Shown one piece after another: positions 12,461 to 24,805 of a stretch of DNA of 64,000 nucleotides. The stretch comes from Octopus sinensis (Eukaryota). The position numbers and the translations under genes are program-made. The stretch covers positions 8,308,001 to 8,372,000 of the forward strand of contig NC_043013.1 of NCBI RefSeq assembly GCF_006345805.1, given 5' to 3'. The notes beneath the pieces were generated by a model that had not been told where the DNA came from, ran no database searches, and was given only the letters and a program-made list of their open reading frames with translations. Position 1 is the stretch's first letter, and the number at the start of each line of letters is the position of its first letter.

Positions 12461-13751
12461 TTGTGGTACACTGTAGGACTGAGAGGACTAAAGATTGAAC
12501 ATTGATGCCTCTCCCCACACCTACTGTCATAATAAAATTGGTTTCAAATTTTTGCACAGGGCCAGCAATTTCAGGGGAGGGGCTAAGTCAATGACATCGG
12601 CCCCAGTGCTCAAAGTAAACCCAGGCAAAGCTGACTTCAGTGGAATTAGAACTGAAAACATACAGCCGAAATGCCGCTAAACATTTTGCATGGCACAAAA
12701 ACAATTCTACCAGCTCACTGCCTTAAATCAATGTAATATATGGTTTCAAATTTTGGTACAAAGCCAGCATGTTTGAGGGAGGGGGTAAGTCAGTTACATT
12801 CACCTTCTCCCCCCAGCATTCAACAGGTACTTATTTTATTGACCCTGAAAAGATAAAAGCCAAAGACAGCCTCTGCAGAATTTGAACTCGGGATGTAAAG
12901 ACATTTTACCTGGCATTGCAACATTTCTACCAGTTCACTGCCACATAGTGAGAGAGAATTCAAAACCACATGGAAATACACTAAATAAACTTTACACCCA
13001 CGAGGCACTTTTCAGCTACACATACATATGTGTGTGTGTGTGTATATATATATATATGTATAGAGTGTTAGGTGTGGTGTACAGTTATTGAATATTGAGA
13101 AAAAAGGTCGCCAGAATTTTGGAAAAAAAAGTATTTTTATTTATTCATTATTATTAGTACTTTCGTTTGTTTCTCGAACTTGTCAAATACCTATATATAG
13201 GTATAAATCAATGGCTAGCAAATTTTAACCAACAACATGGATATATCTACAATTTTTATGCCTCTATTAATGTTGGGGGCGATGTTGACGATTGATTTAA
13301 TATTTAATTATTTGAAAAAGTGTTAATGACATTGTCATATGAAAACTATCGCAATCCTTGCGGTTTTTTCTGATGTTTAGCTGTTCAGATAAAGAAAAAA
13401 GATAGAAAACGTGAAATATTTTTGGAACTAAAATAAAAATAAAAAGCTTTGATGAATTAGTAATTTGTTTGAAGAAGTTCAAGACCTGAAGTTGAAATAA
13501 AATTAATCAATTTAATATTGAAGTGGTATAAGTTGAGGTGGCATTTTTGATCTGAAATGCCATTATAATATATTGAAATATGGCAGGAATGAAAGACAAA
13601 AAAAAAAGCATTCAGTGTTCAGGCTGGTATATCTGTAGGCTTCATGTCAAGGGCTGTTGGTTTGCAGTTTGTAATCTTGTTTAGATCAATACCATTTTTG
13701 CTTTTATAATGGAAATATCTTTAGTGGCACCAAACTTTCACAATTAAATTG

Positions 13752-13833
13752 ATTTCTTCTTCTTCTTCTTCTTCTTCTTCTTCTTCTCCTCCTCCTCCTC
13801 CTTCTTTCTCTTCTTCTTCTCTCCTCCTCCTTT

Positions 13834-13869
<36 letters not shown>

Positions 13870-14030
13870 TTCTCCCTCCTCCTCCTCTTTTTCTCCTCCT
13901 CCTCCTTCTTCTTTCTCTTCTTCTTCTTCCCCCTCCTCTTCTTTTTCTTCTCCTCCTCCTTCTTCTTTCTCTTCTTCTTCTTCTTTCTCTTCTTCTTCTT
14001 CTCCCCTCCTCTTCTTTTTCTTCTTCTAAC
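13752..14030. repeat. Polypyrimidine (TTC/CTC) tract
   Basis: Direct inspection. Confidence 0.95.
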
Positions 14031-14945
14031 TGATTTTGTTTTTACATAACAAATCTTAATTAAGAACTGCCAACATCACAAATGGGAGTTGCTATTTTAC
14101 CTTCTTTCTTTCTTTCTCTTCTCCTCTATCCCTCTCTCTAGATCTAGGCACACCATCATCGTCGTCATCATTGTCATCATCCCTTTTCTATGCTGGCATG
14201 GGTTGGATGATTTGACAGATGCTGGCTAGCTCCAGTTTTCTGCTTTGGCATATTTTCTACAGCTGGAAGCCCTTCCTAATGCCAACTACTTCACAGAGCA
14301 TACTGGGTGCTTTTTCTTTTGGCACTGGTGTGGGTCCTTTATACACAGCAATAACACAGCTGCTTTATACATGGCACCAGCAGGGGTGATTTACATGTGA
14401 CACTGGCACAGGTGTTTTATATGTGACTTAGTACTTTTTATATGGCACAGGTACTTTTTTATGTGGCACTGACATGGGTGTTTTATTCATTGCATCAGCA
14501 TGGGAGCTTTATATGAATCTCATGCCTTTGGTTTTCCACAATCTTCCTTGTTTTATACTTGTTTCTGTAGAGAATACATCTTTTCTTTGGTGGTATGACC
14601 GCTGTCATGGCCATAAAGACAGAAAGTTGCTGACGTGTAATGTTGTCCAGATTAGGATATAGATTATTCATATGATCTTGGTGTTATCGCATTCAAATTA
14701 AAAGTGAAAGAATAAAAGTGAAACAATATCATATCACATTACAAGATAGATCATATTCTTTCATCTTTAACATGTAATACTGAACCAGTGCCAATGTAAT
14801 ATTATTTTAATCCAAATGAAAAATAAAAATTACATGTTGACACTCACAAGGTCTGATACTATAATCTTGTAAAATTTAATTTATTTGGTCCGGCCATTTG
14901 AGAATGCATAGGGAACGGACAGACAGATAAAGAATTTTACATGTG

Positions 14946-14995
<50 letters not shown>

Positions 14996-15410
14996 CACAT
15001 ATATATAGGGGGAGAATTCACAAAAAACAAAAGACAAAGACAGGTGGTGTAGACAACAAACAGATGTATTAGTATAATGCCCAGGAAGTGAAAAAGTCTT
15101 TAATGTGAGAGAGGAGAGAATATACCTCATACCTCTCAAGATACTTAAAAGATGTTACACATTGTTTGCATGTCTATGAAACAATGTGTAACAATTTGTT
15201 TTATAGACATGCACTGGATTGAATGACATAAACAAGCAAAATTGCAACAATCCATATAAGTATATATATATATATATAAGTTCAGCAAAATTTAGATTCA
15301 AATGAATATGGTAATTAAGTTAGATGCACCAGAATTTTGAATGGTGTTATCCATATAAATCCATGGGGTGATTATAATCAAAATAAGCAACAAGAATAAC
15401 TTTGGTAATT

Positions 15411-15494
15411 TGGTACGATCGTTTCACACTACATCATTTTATTAAATGTTGTAAGCATTACAACAGTTTTAAAATGCTGAGCACTCATCAGCCA
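15411..15494 (-). ncRNA. Type I hammerhead motif with long stem II
   Basis: Minus strand: TGG CTGATGA [GTGCT CAGCATTTT..TGTTGTAA TGC TTACAACA..AAAATGATG TAGTGT] GAAAC GATC GTA CCA. Core intact, palindromic helix III ACGATCGT, stem I only 3 bp. Confidence 0.68.
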
Positions 15495-16448
15495 TTAATA
15501 GAGGTTTTCCATTAATACATAATTTTCATATCTTACAGAAATACGTCCATGCTTCCTAAAATTTGCCAGCTGTACACCTGATGCCCTCATCCCTATTTCT
15601 TCTTTTTTTTTCTTTCTTTCAGACTTTTTCACTGTTCACTTCCTGTGCATGTTTTATTTACTGTTCACGTAGTTTGGGTTACTTTCTCTGATGAGTTGTA
15701 GTGCACCTGAGCACTGTATACAATAAATTCATTATTATAATTTCCCATAGCTAGATATGTTTTCTATGGAAGACTAGAAATAGATATTACTTGTATAACA
15801 TTGACACTTATTTACAAGGGTAACGCACATATGTACATACATGATGGACTTCTTTCAACTTCTATGTACCAGAGCCACTCACAAGGTTTTAGTTAGCTTA
15901 GGGCCCTAGTAGAAAAAAGCATATCCAAGATAGCACGCAGTGGGATTGAACCCAAAACCATGTGGTTGGGAAACAAACTTCTTAATCCCACAGCCATGCT
16001 TACACCTACTACAGAACCATATGTATTATTATTTATATGTCATCTTGCACTGAATGTTTGTATAAAATTTAATTCAATGCATACAGATAACTTCCCACTG
16101 GAATTGAGTTTTAAGAATCCACAAAGCCCTGTTGAAAAATCTAATTTTTTTTTCTTTATATTATTTTGACTTTTTCTTTCTCTTTTGGAATCAATGTCTC
16201 TCATATATGTATCTGTGTATCTATGAGTCAGAAATAGCAACCAAGTTTCCCTCAAATCACACCTTACTCGTCACGTATGTATGTATGCATGTGTGTGTAT
16301 ACATACACACACACACACATGTATATATATATATATTATATGTATGCACATATTTCTTTATATGTGTATATACATATATATATATATACATGCCTACTAG
16401 AAATAGTGGCCAAATCTTTCATAATACATGTGTGTGTATATATATATG

Positions 16449-16616
16449 TATATATAATTTACAAGATAAGGGCAGAAGAAAAATTCTAATGCCAGATATG
16501 CCGAAACAAAAAATTGTCGATAACCATTATAATTATAATGGTTATCGACAATTTTTTGTTTCGGCATATCTGGCATTAGAATTTTTCTTCTGCCCTTATC
16601 TTGTAAATTATATATA
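16449..16616. repeat. Perfect 168-bp palindrome, no spacer, centre 16532/16533
   Basis: 84-bp arms identical on inspection; (TA)-rich left flank. Confidence 0.95.
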
Positions 16617-16700
16617 AATTTTACCTTTAAAGGCATTTTTTGATATGCTGGCCATTGATAAAATTTTTTTCCCGAAAAATTTTTTATCCTATATTAATTA

Positions 16701-17096
16701 CTAGCAGTATCGCCCGGCGTTGCTCGGGTTTGTAAGGGAAATAACTATATAAGCATTTTTAGAGATGTAAAGTATAATAGCCATCTCAATATGGCTAACC
16801 ACAAAGCGGGGTGTTACTGTAGCTTTTTACGTTCTGAGATTTAATAATATATTTTTAGAGAGTTACTTCCCTTATATAATAGCAAAAAAATGCATTAAAA
16901 ATGGGAAAAAATGATGGTAAATTTTTTTAAAATCGTAGACTCATCATAGACGTGCGCTAATACCCAAAAGGGCTCGATATGAATCCCGACTATAAGATAC
17001 CCACTTTTGGTTACACTGCACCGCAAAATGTGGGAGTAGTTAGGAATCTAAATCGTAGGAGACAGACACAAAACCTCTCTTTTATATATAAAGAAG

Positions 17097-17097
<1 letters not shown>
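16701..17097 (-). mobile_element. Non-autonomous Helitron
   Basis: Minus strand 5'-TC...CCCGAGCAACGCCGGG hairpin, 8 nt, CTAG-3'; inserted between A and T; no TSD. Confidence 0.8.
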
Positions 17098-17173
<76 letters not shown>

Positions 17174-17652
17174 ATATATACATACATACGTAACACAAAC
17201 TCACACATATAAGGAAAATAAGACAAGTTACAAAATGCTAAAATAATTTTATCATGAAGAACATTTTAATGCCGGTTTCAGTCTTTGTGACTTTTTCAAC
17301 TCTAGTTAAGCATGAAAAACAATTAAATTGTGGAAAAATTAAATGAAAAGTTTCTTCAAGATATTTCCATAGTTTTCAAATGCAAGTGAAATTTTCCTTC
17401 TTTTCTGTTTGTCTCTGTCTCTCTTTTTCACTCATGTACATATACTTATACATATGTGGAGGCACATGGCCTAGTGGTTAGAGCCACGGACTCGCAGTCA
17501 AGGGATTGCAGGTTCAAATCTTCATGTGCATATATATTTATGTATATATATATTTATATATTCTTTCTTTGTTGTTAGATTGTATGTGATCTTCTTCTAG
17601 TGTATGGTTATCCACCTAGTGGTTTAGCCCTAAATATAAACATATATATATA

Positions 17653-17842
17653 TATTTTAAAAATATAAATATATGAAAGAATGGAGTTGAACGATGAATT
17701 AACAAAATTCCTTTATTTTCGAAGGCTGCATATTCCTTCGCAATTAGGAATATGCAGCCTTCAAAACATATGTCGAAAATAAAGGAATTTTGTTAATTCG
17801 TCGTTCAGCTCCATTCTTTCATATATTTATATTTTTAAAATA
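17653..17842. repeat. Fold-back inverted repeat, 8-nt spacer (17738-17745)
   Basis: Arms nearly identical; the right arm has an extra ~12 nt (AAAACATATGTC) missing from the left. Confidence 0.9.
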
Positions 17843-18481
17843 AACAAACAAATTTCCACATAAAAGCACGTAATCTATGCCCTAGGCACGTAACTTCAAC
17901 CGTGTTTTTTCTGATGTGAATTTGCTACCCAGGTATCGGTTAACTCGAATTATCCTTAATAAGATAATTCATTCAACTACTCAAATATTCATATATATAT
18001 ATATATATATATATATGTTTAGGTATGTATATATATATATATATATATATAGTATATATATATGTATGTATGTATATGTATATAGTGTGTGTTTTGAGTT
18101 TTGAGAGTTGTATTTAATTTTAGTAGCAATGTTTAAACATGCCAGTGAAATTCCTTTGAAAAGTTTTTTTATTTTTTATTTCTTGTAAGATTTATGTTGT
18201 TTCCATTCTAATCCATAATTCATTTACTTATATATTTTTTTTTATTTATATTCAGTTCTGGTTTCGGTATTTTGCTGAAACTTCTCAACATTTTAAACTT
18301 TATTTACGATGTTTACTAATGGTAACCATGTATCGACCGCATACTAATGTTATTCCACATACAAAATTTACATCACCAACACATGGGTTGTTTGATGGGA
18401 TTGGCATGGGAAATGTTTTTGATATGTACATTTGGTGAGGGTCTAGAACATAAAACTGACCCTCTTTTTCTTTCTCTCTCA

Positions 18482-18520
<39 letters not shown>

Positions 18521-21500
18521 ACACACATGCACACACACACACATGTGCACATGTTCTCAAAAAATAACAACAGCTTACCAAACACACTTTGACCTCTGGG
18601 CACTGATCCGTAGATACACGACCTCTCCTTGCCTACCTTGTCCCTACCACATTAGCCCTTGCTCTTCAGAACTAGCTAATTGCGTTCAGATGTACACATT
18701 ATGTCTGTCTTTTAACTTCACCTCGCCCCTGCTACTCCCCTGCTATGCCACCAGACCCTGGTGCTAACATCATCATCATCATCATCATCGTTTAGCATCC
18801 GCTTTCCATGCTGGCATGGGTTGGACGGTTCAACTGGGGTCTGGGAAGCCAGAAGGCTGCACCAGGCCCATTCTGATCTGGCAATGTTTCTATGGCTGGA
18901 TGCCCTTCCTAACGCCAACCACTCGATGAGTGTAGTGGGTGCTTTTTACATGCCAGATGAGGCTGGCAAACGGCCGCGATTGGATGGTGCTTTTTATGTA
19001 GTCCCAGAATATCAATCAACCACTATTCTGTCTCATGTTAACCCTTTTTCATGACAACTGATAAACCTTTCTTATTTGTCTTCAATAACTGTCCCCACAC
19101 TCAACCAACCAGACTCTCTCAAGTCATTCTGGAACACACAAGAACTAACACCCAGTCATGTTTTCTATTAAACTATTTCTCTGTAGGAGCTAAAGATTTG
19201 AAGTTACTTTGCTTGCTGCCCATGCTTACAGTTGAAGATATTTACCTTAGTATCTGCACAGTAGCATGCTGCTAAATAAAATGCAGTGTGCATTTAATAT
19301 TTCGTTTTAATGTCTACTTCTCCTGGCTTGCATGCGTCGAATGGAGTTTGCTGAGACACCTCAGGCAAGTGTTTTCTACTGTGGCCCTGCATTGACCAAA
19401 GCATTGTGAGTGGATTTAGTAGACAAAAGCTAAAAGAAGCCTGTTTCATACATGCATGTGTGTGTGTGTGTGTGTGTGTGCTAGCATGGCTGTGTGGTAA
19501 GAAGTTTGCCTTCCAACCACATGGTTCCAGGTTCAGCCTCACTGTGTGAGACCTCAGGCAAGTGTTTTCTGTTATAGCCTCAGGCTGACCAAAGCATTAT
19601 TAGTGGTAGGCAGAAACTGAAAGAGGCACTTCATCATCATTGTTTAACGTCTGTTTTCCATGCTAGCATGGGTTGGATGGTTCGACCGGGGTCTGGGAAG
19701 CCAGGAGGCTGCACCAGGCTCCAGTCTGATCTGGTAGTGTTTCTACAGCTGGATGCCCTTCCTAATGCCAACTTGTCCATGAGTGTAGTGGGTGCTTTTT
19801 ATGTGCCACCAACATAGGGGCCAGTCAAGGTAGTACTGGCATTGACCACGTTCAGATGGTGCTTTATATGTACCTATTTCTTTACTACCCACAAGGGGCT
19901 AAACACAGAGAGGACAAACAAGGACAGACAAAGGGATTAAGTCAATTATATCAACCCCAGTGCATAACTGGTACTTAATTTATCGACCTCGAAAGGATGA
20001 AAGGCAAAGTCGACCTCAGCGAAATTTGAACTCAGAACATAATGGCAGACAAAATACCTATTTCTTTACTACCCACAAGGGGCTAAACACAGAAGGGACA
20101 AACAAGGACAGACAATGGATTAAGTCGATTATATCGACCCCGGTGCGTAACTGGTACTTAATTTATCAACCCCAAAAGGATGAAAGGCAAAGTCAACCTC
20201 GACGGAATTTGAACTTAGAACGCTGCCGCAGACGAAATACTGCTAAGCATTTTGCCTGGCATGCTAACGTTTCTACCAGTCTTCTTACCACACAGCTATA
20301 CCTGCTCATATAGATTGTGAACTTTTCATAAGCAAACTTTGGCAGATTTACTAAATATAGAATTATAGAATGGAATTTTAGAAGTGATCAGAATGGATTA
20401 AGTTTTAATTATTATATTCGCCTCATTGTTTTATCTTGCAGATAATTGGGTTTTATAAATAATTATAAATGTCATTAAATATATGTACGAATGCTGTGAT
20501 AAGAATTAGAGTAATTCTGAGTGGCACTGGACGTGAAACATTTATATCTCATTTTATTAGCGTTCAGTGGTTGGACATTGAGGAATAATAATATTCCAGA
20601 AGTTTATATTGATGATCATTTATGAGGCACAGGTGTAGTTGTGTGGTAAGAAAGTTGCTTCCCAACTATATGGTTCCGAGTTCAGTCCCACTGCGTGGTA
20701 CCTTAGGTAAAGCGTTTTTTTCCATAGCCTCAGGCTGACCAAAACCTTGTGATTGAAATCATCATCATCATCGTTTAGCGTCCACTTTCCATGCTGGCAT
20801 GGGTTGGACAGTTCAACTGGGGTCTGGGAAGTCAGAAGGCTGCACCAGACCCAGTCTGATCTGGCAATGTTTCTATGGCTGGATGCCCTTCCTAACGCCA
20901 GCCACTCCATGAGTGTAGTGGGTGCTTTTTATGTGCCACCAGCACAGGTGCCAGACGAGGCTGTCAAACAGCCACGATCAGATGGTGCTTTTTATGTGCC
21001 ACCGGCACAGGGGCCAGACGAGGCTGGCAAACGGCCACGATCGGATGGACAGAAACAGAAAGAAGTCCATCATATGTGTGTGTGTGTGATTGTCCCCCAG
21101 CACCACTTGCAACTGGTGTTGTTATGTTTATGTCCCCATAACTTAGCAGTTTGGTAAAGAAGCTGATAAAATAAGTACCAGGCTTTAAAAAAAACATAAG
21201 TTCAGGTCTATATGTCTATATGTTGGTTAGACAAGCTGTCGGCAAGCAGACCAATTCACAAGAAACTTATGGGATGTTCACCTACAAAAAATACCTCCAT
21301 CGCTCATCATTTTTGCTCTGCCAGCCACTCCACCTCACACCCCACTGTCTTTGGCCTGGCCTTACACCAAAGATCCACCAACACCAGACTTCGGTTTTCA
21401 AGCGATGTTGGGGGGACAAACACAGACACACAAACATGCACAGACATATATAAATACATATACATATATACAAGGAGCTTCTTTCAGTTTCCGTCTACCA

Positions 21501-22073
21501 AATCCACTCACAAGGCTTTGGTCAGCTCGAGGCTACAGTAGAAGACACATGCCTAAGGTGCCATGCAGTGGGACTGAACCCGGAACTATGTGGTTGGTAA
21601 GCAAGCTACTTGCCACACAGTCCTACACACTGACTATCTTTGCACTCTCCTGTCCCCCAAAACCACTTTCTCTATCTCTTTCCACTTCGGGTCACTTCAG
21701 CCATGTAACTACACATGTGCTGTTGGTGATATTTCCCCTTCTCTGGAGTTTTCTGCTTTCCTTTCTGATGAAAAGCTTTGCTCAAAAGGTCAAAAAACCT
21801 CCCTTTTTCCCACCTTTACCAAGTGTTGAACTAATACATTCCACGTTCACATTAACTTCTTTTTCTTGTTGTTAGTTTTTTAATGTTTGATTATTCAATT
21901 TGACCATATATATTTGTGTGTGTGTGTGTGTGTAGATATATATATATACACACATACATCTATATATGGCTCGAAACGTAAAAGACTTGTTTTATTTATA
22001 TTCCTGAGCGGCATACTAATGTTTGTATTCCACCTGCCTTCGTCTTTTGTTTATTTTCATAAAGCTTCCCGTT

Positions 22074-22136
<63 letters not shown>

Positions 22137-22149
<13 letters not shown>

Positions 22150-22363
22150 CAATTAAGGACTGAACACGAAAAGTGGACAGTCAACATGCTAGATATAGAC
22201 GTCAAATTGCCATTCTCCACAAAGATTATGTTCTCAAATAAAATAAAATTCAGCACAAACTTTTGAGAACATAATCTTTGTGGAGAATGGCGATTTGACG
22301 TCTATATCTAGCATGTTGACTGTCCACTTTTCGTGTTCAGTCCTTAATTGGTATATATATATA
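22137..22363. repeat. Fold-back inverted repeat, ~100-bp arms, 23-nt spacer, embedded in (TA)n
   Basis: Arms end at 22238 and start at 22262; one CpG-type mismatch. Confidence 0.93.
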
Positions 22364-22564
22364 TTTTAATGTTTGGATTCTTTTTAATATGCTAGTCCAC
22401 TGGTTTTAATTGACTAATATCAATTTCTACCCTTAATTAATTTTTAATATATATATATATATATACACACACATACATATATATACATATATGTCTGTAT
22501 GTATGGGTATATATATATATATATATATTTATCAGTAAATATAATATGTGACAGTTATTTGGTA

Positions 22565-22634
22565 GCCATGATAAAACTCTGAGTTTCGGATGTCAGGGTG
22601 GAAGCCCATGCCGCCATCTCTTCAGTTATCTGGC
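22565..22634 (-). ncRNA. Type I hammerhead motif, exact inverted copy of 22672-22741
   Basis: Left arm of the perfect palindrome 22527-22779. Confidence 0.8.
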
Positions 22635-22671
22635 CATCGAAAAAATGGTTTTCCATAGCATTTTTTCGATG

Positions 22672-22741
22672 GCCAGATAACTGAAGAGATGGCGGCATGG
22701 GCTTCCACCCTGACATCCGAAACTCAGAGTTTTATCATGGC
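22672..22741 (+). ncRNA. Type I hammerhead ribozyme motif (best preserved); predicted cleavage after U22731
   Basis: GCCA-GATAA CTGAAGA [G ATG...CATC C] GAAAC TCAGA GTT TTATC-A-TGGC. Stem I is 9 bp with one bulge, the core is intact and helix III ACTC-A-GAGT is quasi-palindromic. Confidence 0.82.
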
Positions 22742-22901
22742 TACCAAATAACTGTCACATATTATATTTACTGATAAATTCCTCTATTTACATAATATCG
22801 AGGTCTCTTTCATTCTTTTGTTGTCTTACCATTTCTATCAATATATATATATATATACACACATATATGTGTGTATATATATATACATACATATACATAT
22901 A

Positions 22902-24007
22902 CAGGGTGCAAAGGGTAAATTGCAACCATTTTATAATTTTCATTTCGTGCATACACATTGATTGTTTTTGATTTTGTCGATTACACAGTATGGTAGGGTC
23001 AGTTGAGCACCATCTGGGAGAAAGACAGTACCATGATGCAATTCACTCTACCAGAAACTCTGAATTTGTTGGTGAGATCCAGGCCATGATTGATAATGGT
23101 CTCTCCAAGTCAATCAGGTCTGTTGCCAGGGACATGGGAGTGTCTGAGTTTCTCATCAGGCAGGTAGTGCATGGAAACGTTCAGCATTCCTCATACAAGA
23201 TGGGAAAGGGCCAATTCTTATCCCAAGCCATCAAGGACAAGGAGAAAAACTGCACTACACAACTTTTGCACAAACTCAAACATTCCCTCCGACTGAATAT
23301 GCTTTGGTTTTCCTCATACAAGAAAAATTTCTACCAAGATCAGATGGTGAGCACACAGAACAACCATTGGCTTGCCGAGTCCCCAAAACATGTACCTAGA
23401 GTGATAGAAATCAAACATCCAGTCAACATCAAGGTGTTACAAGTGATCACTAGTGATGGTGGCTTTATGCCTCCATTCATCTTCCCACACGACCTCAAAC
23501 TCAATACAGAGGCCTACATCAAGTGTGTGGAGGCGGTAGTGCTACCCTGGGTCAAGAGGGTAGCTGCTGGAAGACCCTATGTCTGGCAACAGGACTCTGC
23601 ACCATGCCACACAAGCAGGAGAACCCAGTCATGGCTGTCAGACAATTTCTGTGACCACATAACATCTGGCCACCTTACTCACCAGACTGCAACCCCCTTG
23701 ATTATTATGTGAGGGATACAGCTGAGTGACTGACCATCATAACTCCTTGAACCAAAGATAGACTGAAGGGAGAGATTATTGCAGAATTCACCAACTTAAA
23801 CAAGGAGACTGCCCAGAAGAATTGCAGGAGATTCTGAAATCGTCTGGAAACTTGTGGTTGAAGGCAATGGCAATTTTATTAAATCAATTTACTCTTTAAG
23901 TATTTCAAGATATTTTTATGTAATTTTGGTAAATATATCTGTTAAAATGAGATGTGTTATTTTCATTTGTTGCCTAATTTTGATGATAATTTATTCACTG
24001 CACCTTG
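22902..24007 (+). mobile_element. Degenerate Tc1/mariner-superfamily transposon, DD37D (maT-like)
   Basis: ORF 22990-23712 with ITSDG..MPPFIFP, YVWQQDSAPCHTS, then frameshifted WPP.SPDCNPLDYYV; about 37 residues between D2 and D3 once the small deletion is restored; diverged ends CAGGGTGCA / TGCACCTTG in TA context. Confidence 0.85.
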
Positions 24008-24106
24008 TGTGTGTGAGTGCATGTATGTAGGAATATATAAAACTGGGGGAGAAGCACACTCTAAAATGCAGAGCAGTTAATATTACAGTGGGGTAGGCCA
24101 GTTTAT

Positions 24107-24167
24107 GGCGCTACCCTGGGTTTCTCATTCATAAGGGGTCTATCCTTATGGCATATCTTCAGACCCC
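24107..24167 (-). ncRNA. Decayed inverted partner of 24230-24290
   Basis: Minus strand: GGGGT CTGAAGA ... GAAAC CCAGG GTA GCGCC. Core intact, stem I damaged. Confidence 0.55.
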
Positions 24168-24229
24168 ATATTCTGCTGGCCAGAGACCTCTTTAAAATAT
24201 TTTAAAGAGGTCTCAGTCCAGCAGTGTTT

Positions 24230-24290
24230 GGGGTCTGAAGATACACTATAAGGCTAAACCCCTTATGAGTGAGAAGCCCAAGGTAACCCC
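24230..24290 (+). ncRNA. Decayed type I hammerhead motif
   Basis: GGGGT CTGAAGA [TACACTATAAGG..CCTTATGAGTGA] GAAGC CCAAG GTA ACCCC. Stem I is 5 bp; GAAAC has changed to GAAGC. Confidence 0.58.
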
Positions 24291-24805
24291 GTAAACCGGC
24301 CTACCCTACTATAATATATATACATATGTATGTATGTATATATTTAACTGCACCATAATGGTAAGATCAACAGAAAAAGTACACTCTCAGTTGAGAAATA
24401 TATATCATTTAATAAACATGTATTGTGTTTATTAAATAATATATATATATACATGCACATATATGTAATATATATTCATAAATACATGTGTTTGTATGTA
24501 TATATAAATTGTGTGTGTGTGTGTGTGTCAGTGTAGATGTATGTATGTATATATATATATATATATATATATAATTTGAGGGAATATTATTCCTAACTTC
24601 ATCATCATCATCATCATTTAGTGTCCGCTTTCCATGCTAGCATTGGTTGGATGGGTCAACTGGGGTCTGTGAAGCTGGAAGGCTTCGTCAGGCCCAGTCA
24701 GATCTGGCAGTGTTTCTACGGCTGGATGCCCTTCCTAACGCCAACCACCCCGCGAGTGTAGTGGGTGTTTTTTACGTGCCACCTGCACAGGTGCCAGACA
24801 GAGCT

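Larger units (their letters stand above)
22527..22779. repeat. Perfect inverted repeat, 121-bp arms, 11-nt spacer; the right copy continues as a unique tail to (TA)n at ~22842
   Basis: Arms 22527-22647 and 22659-22779 are exact reverse complements. Confidence 0.95.
24080..24317. repeat. Diverged zero-spacer palindrome, centre 24198/24199
   Basis: GAGACCTCTTTAAAAT|ATTTTAAAGAGGTCTC core; outer arms still alignable without net indel. Confidence 0.85.
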
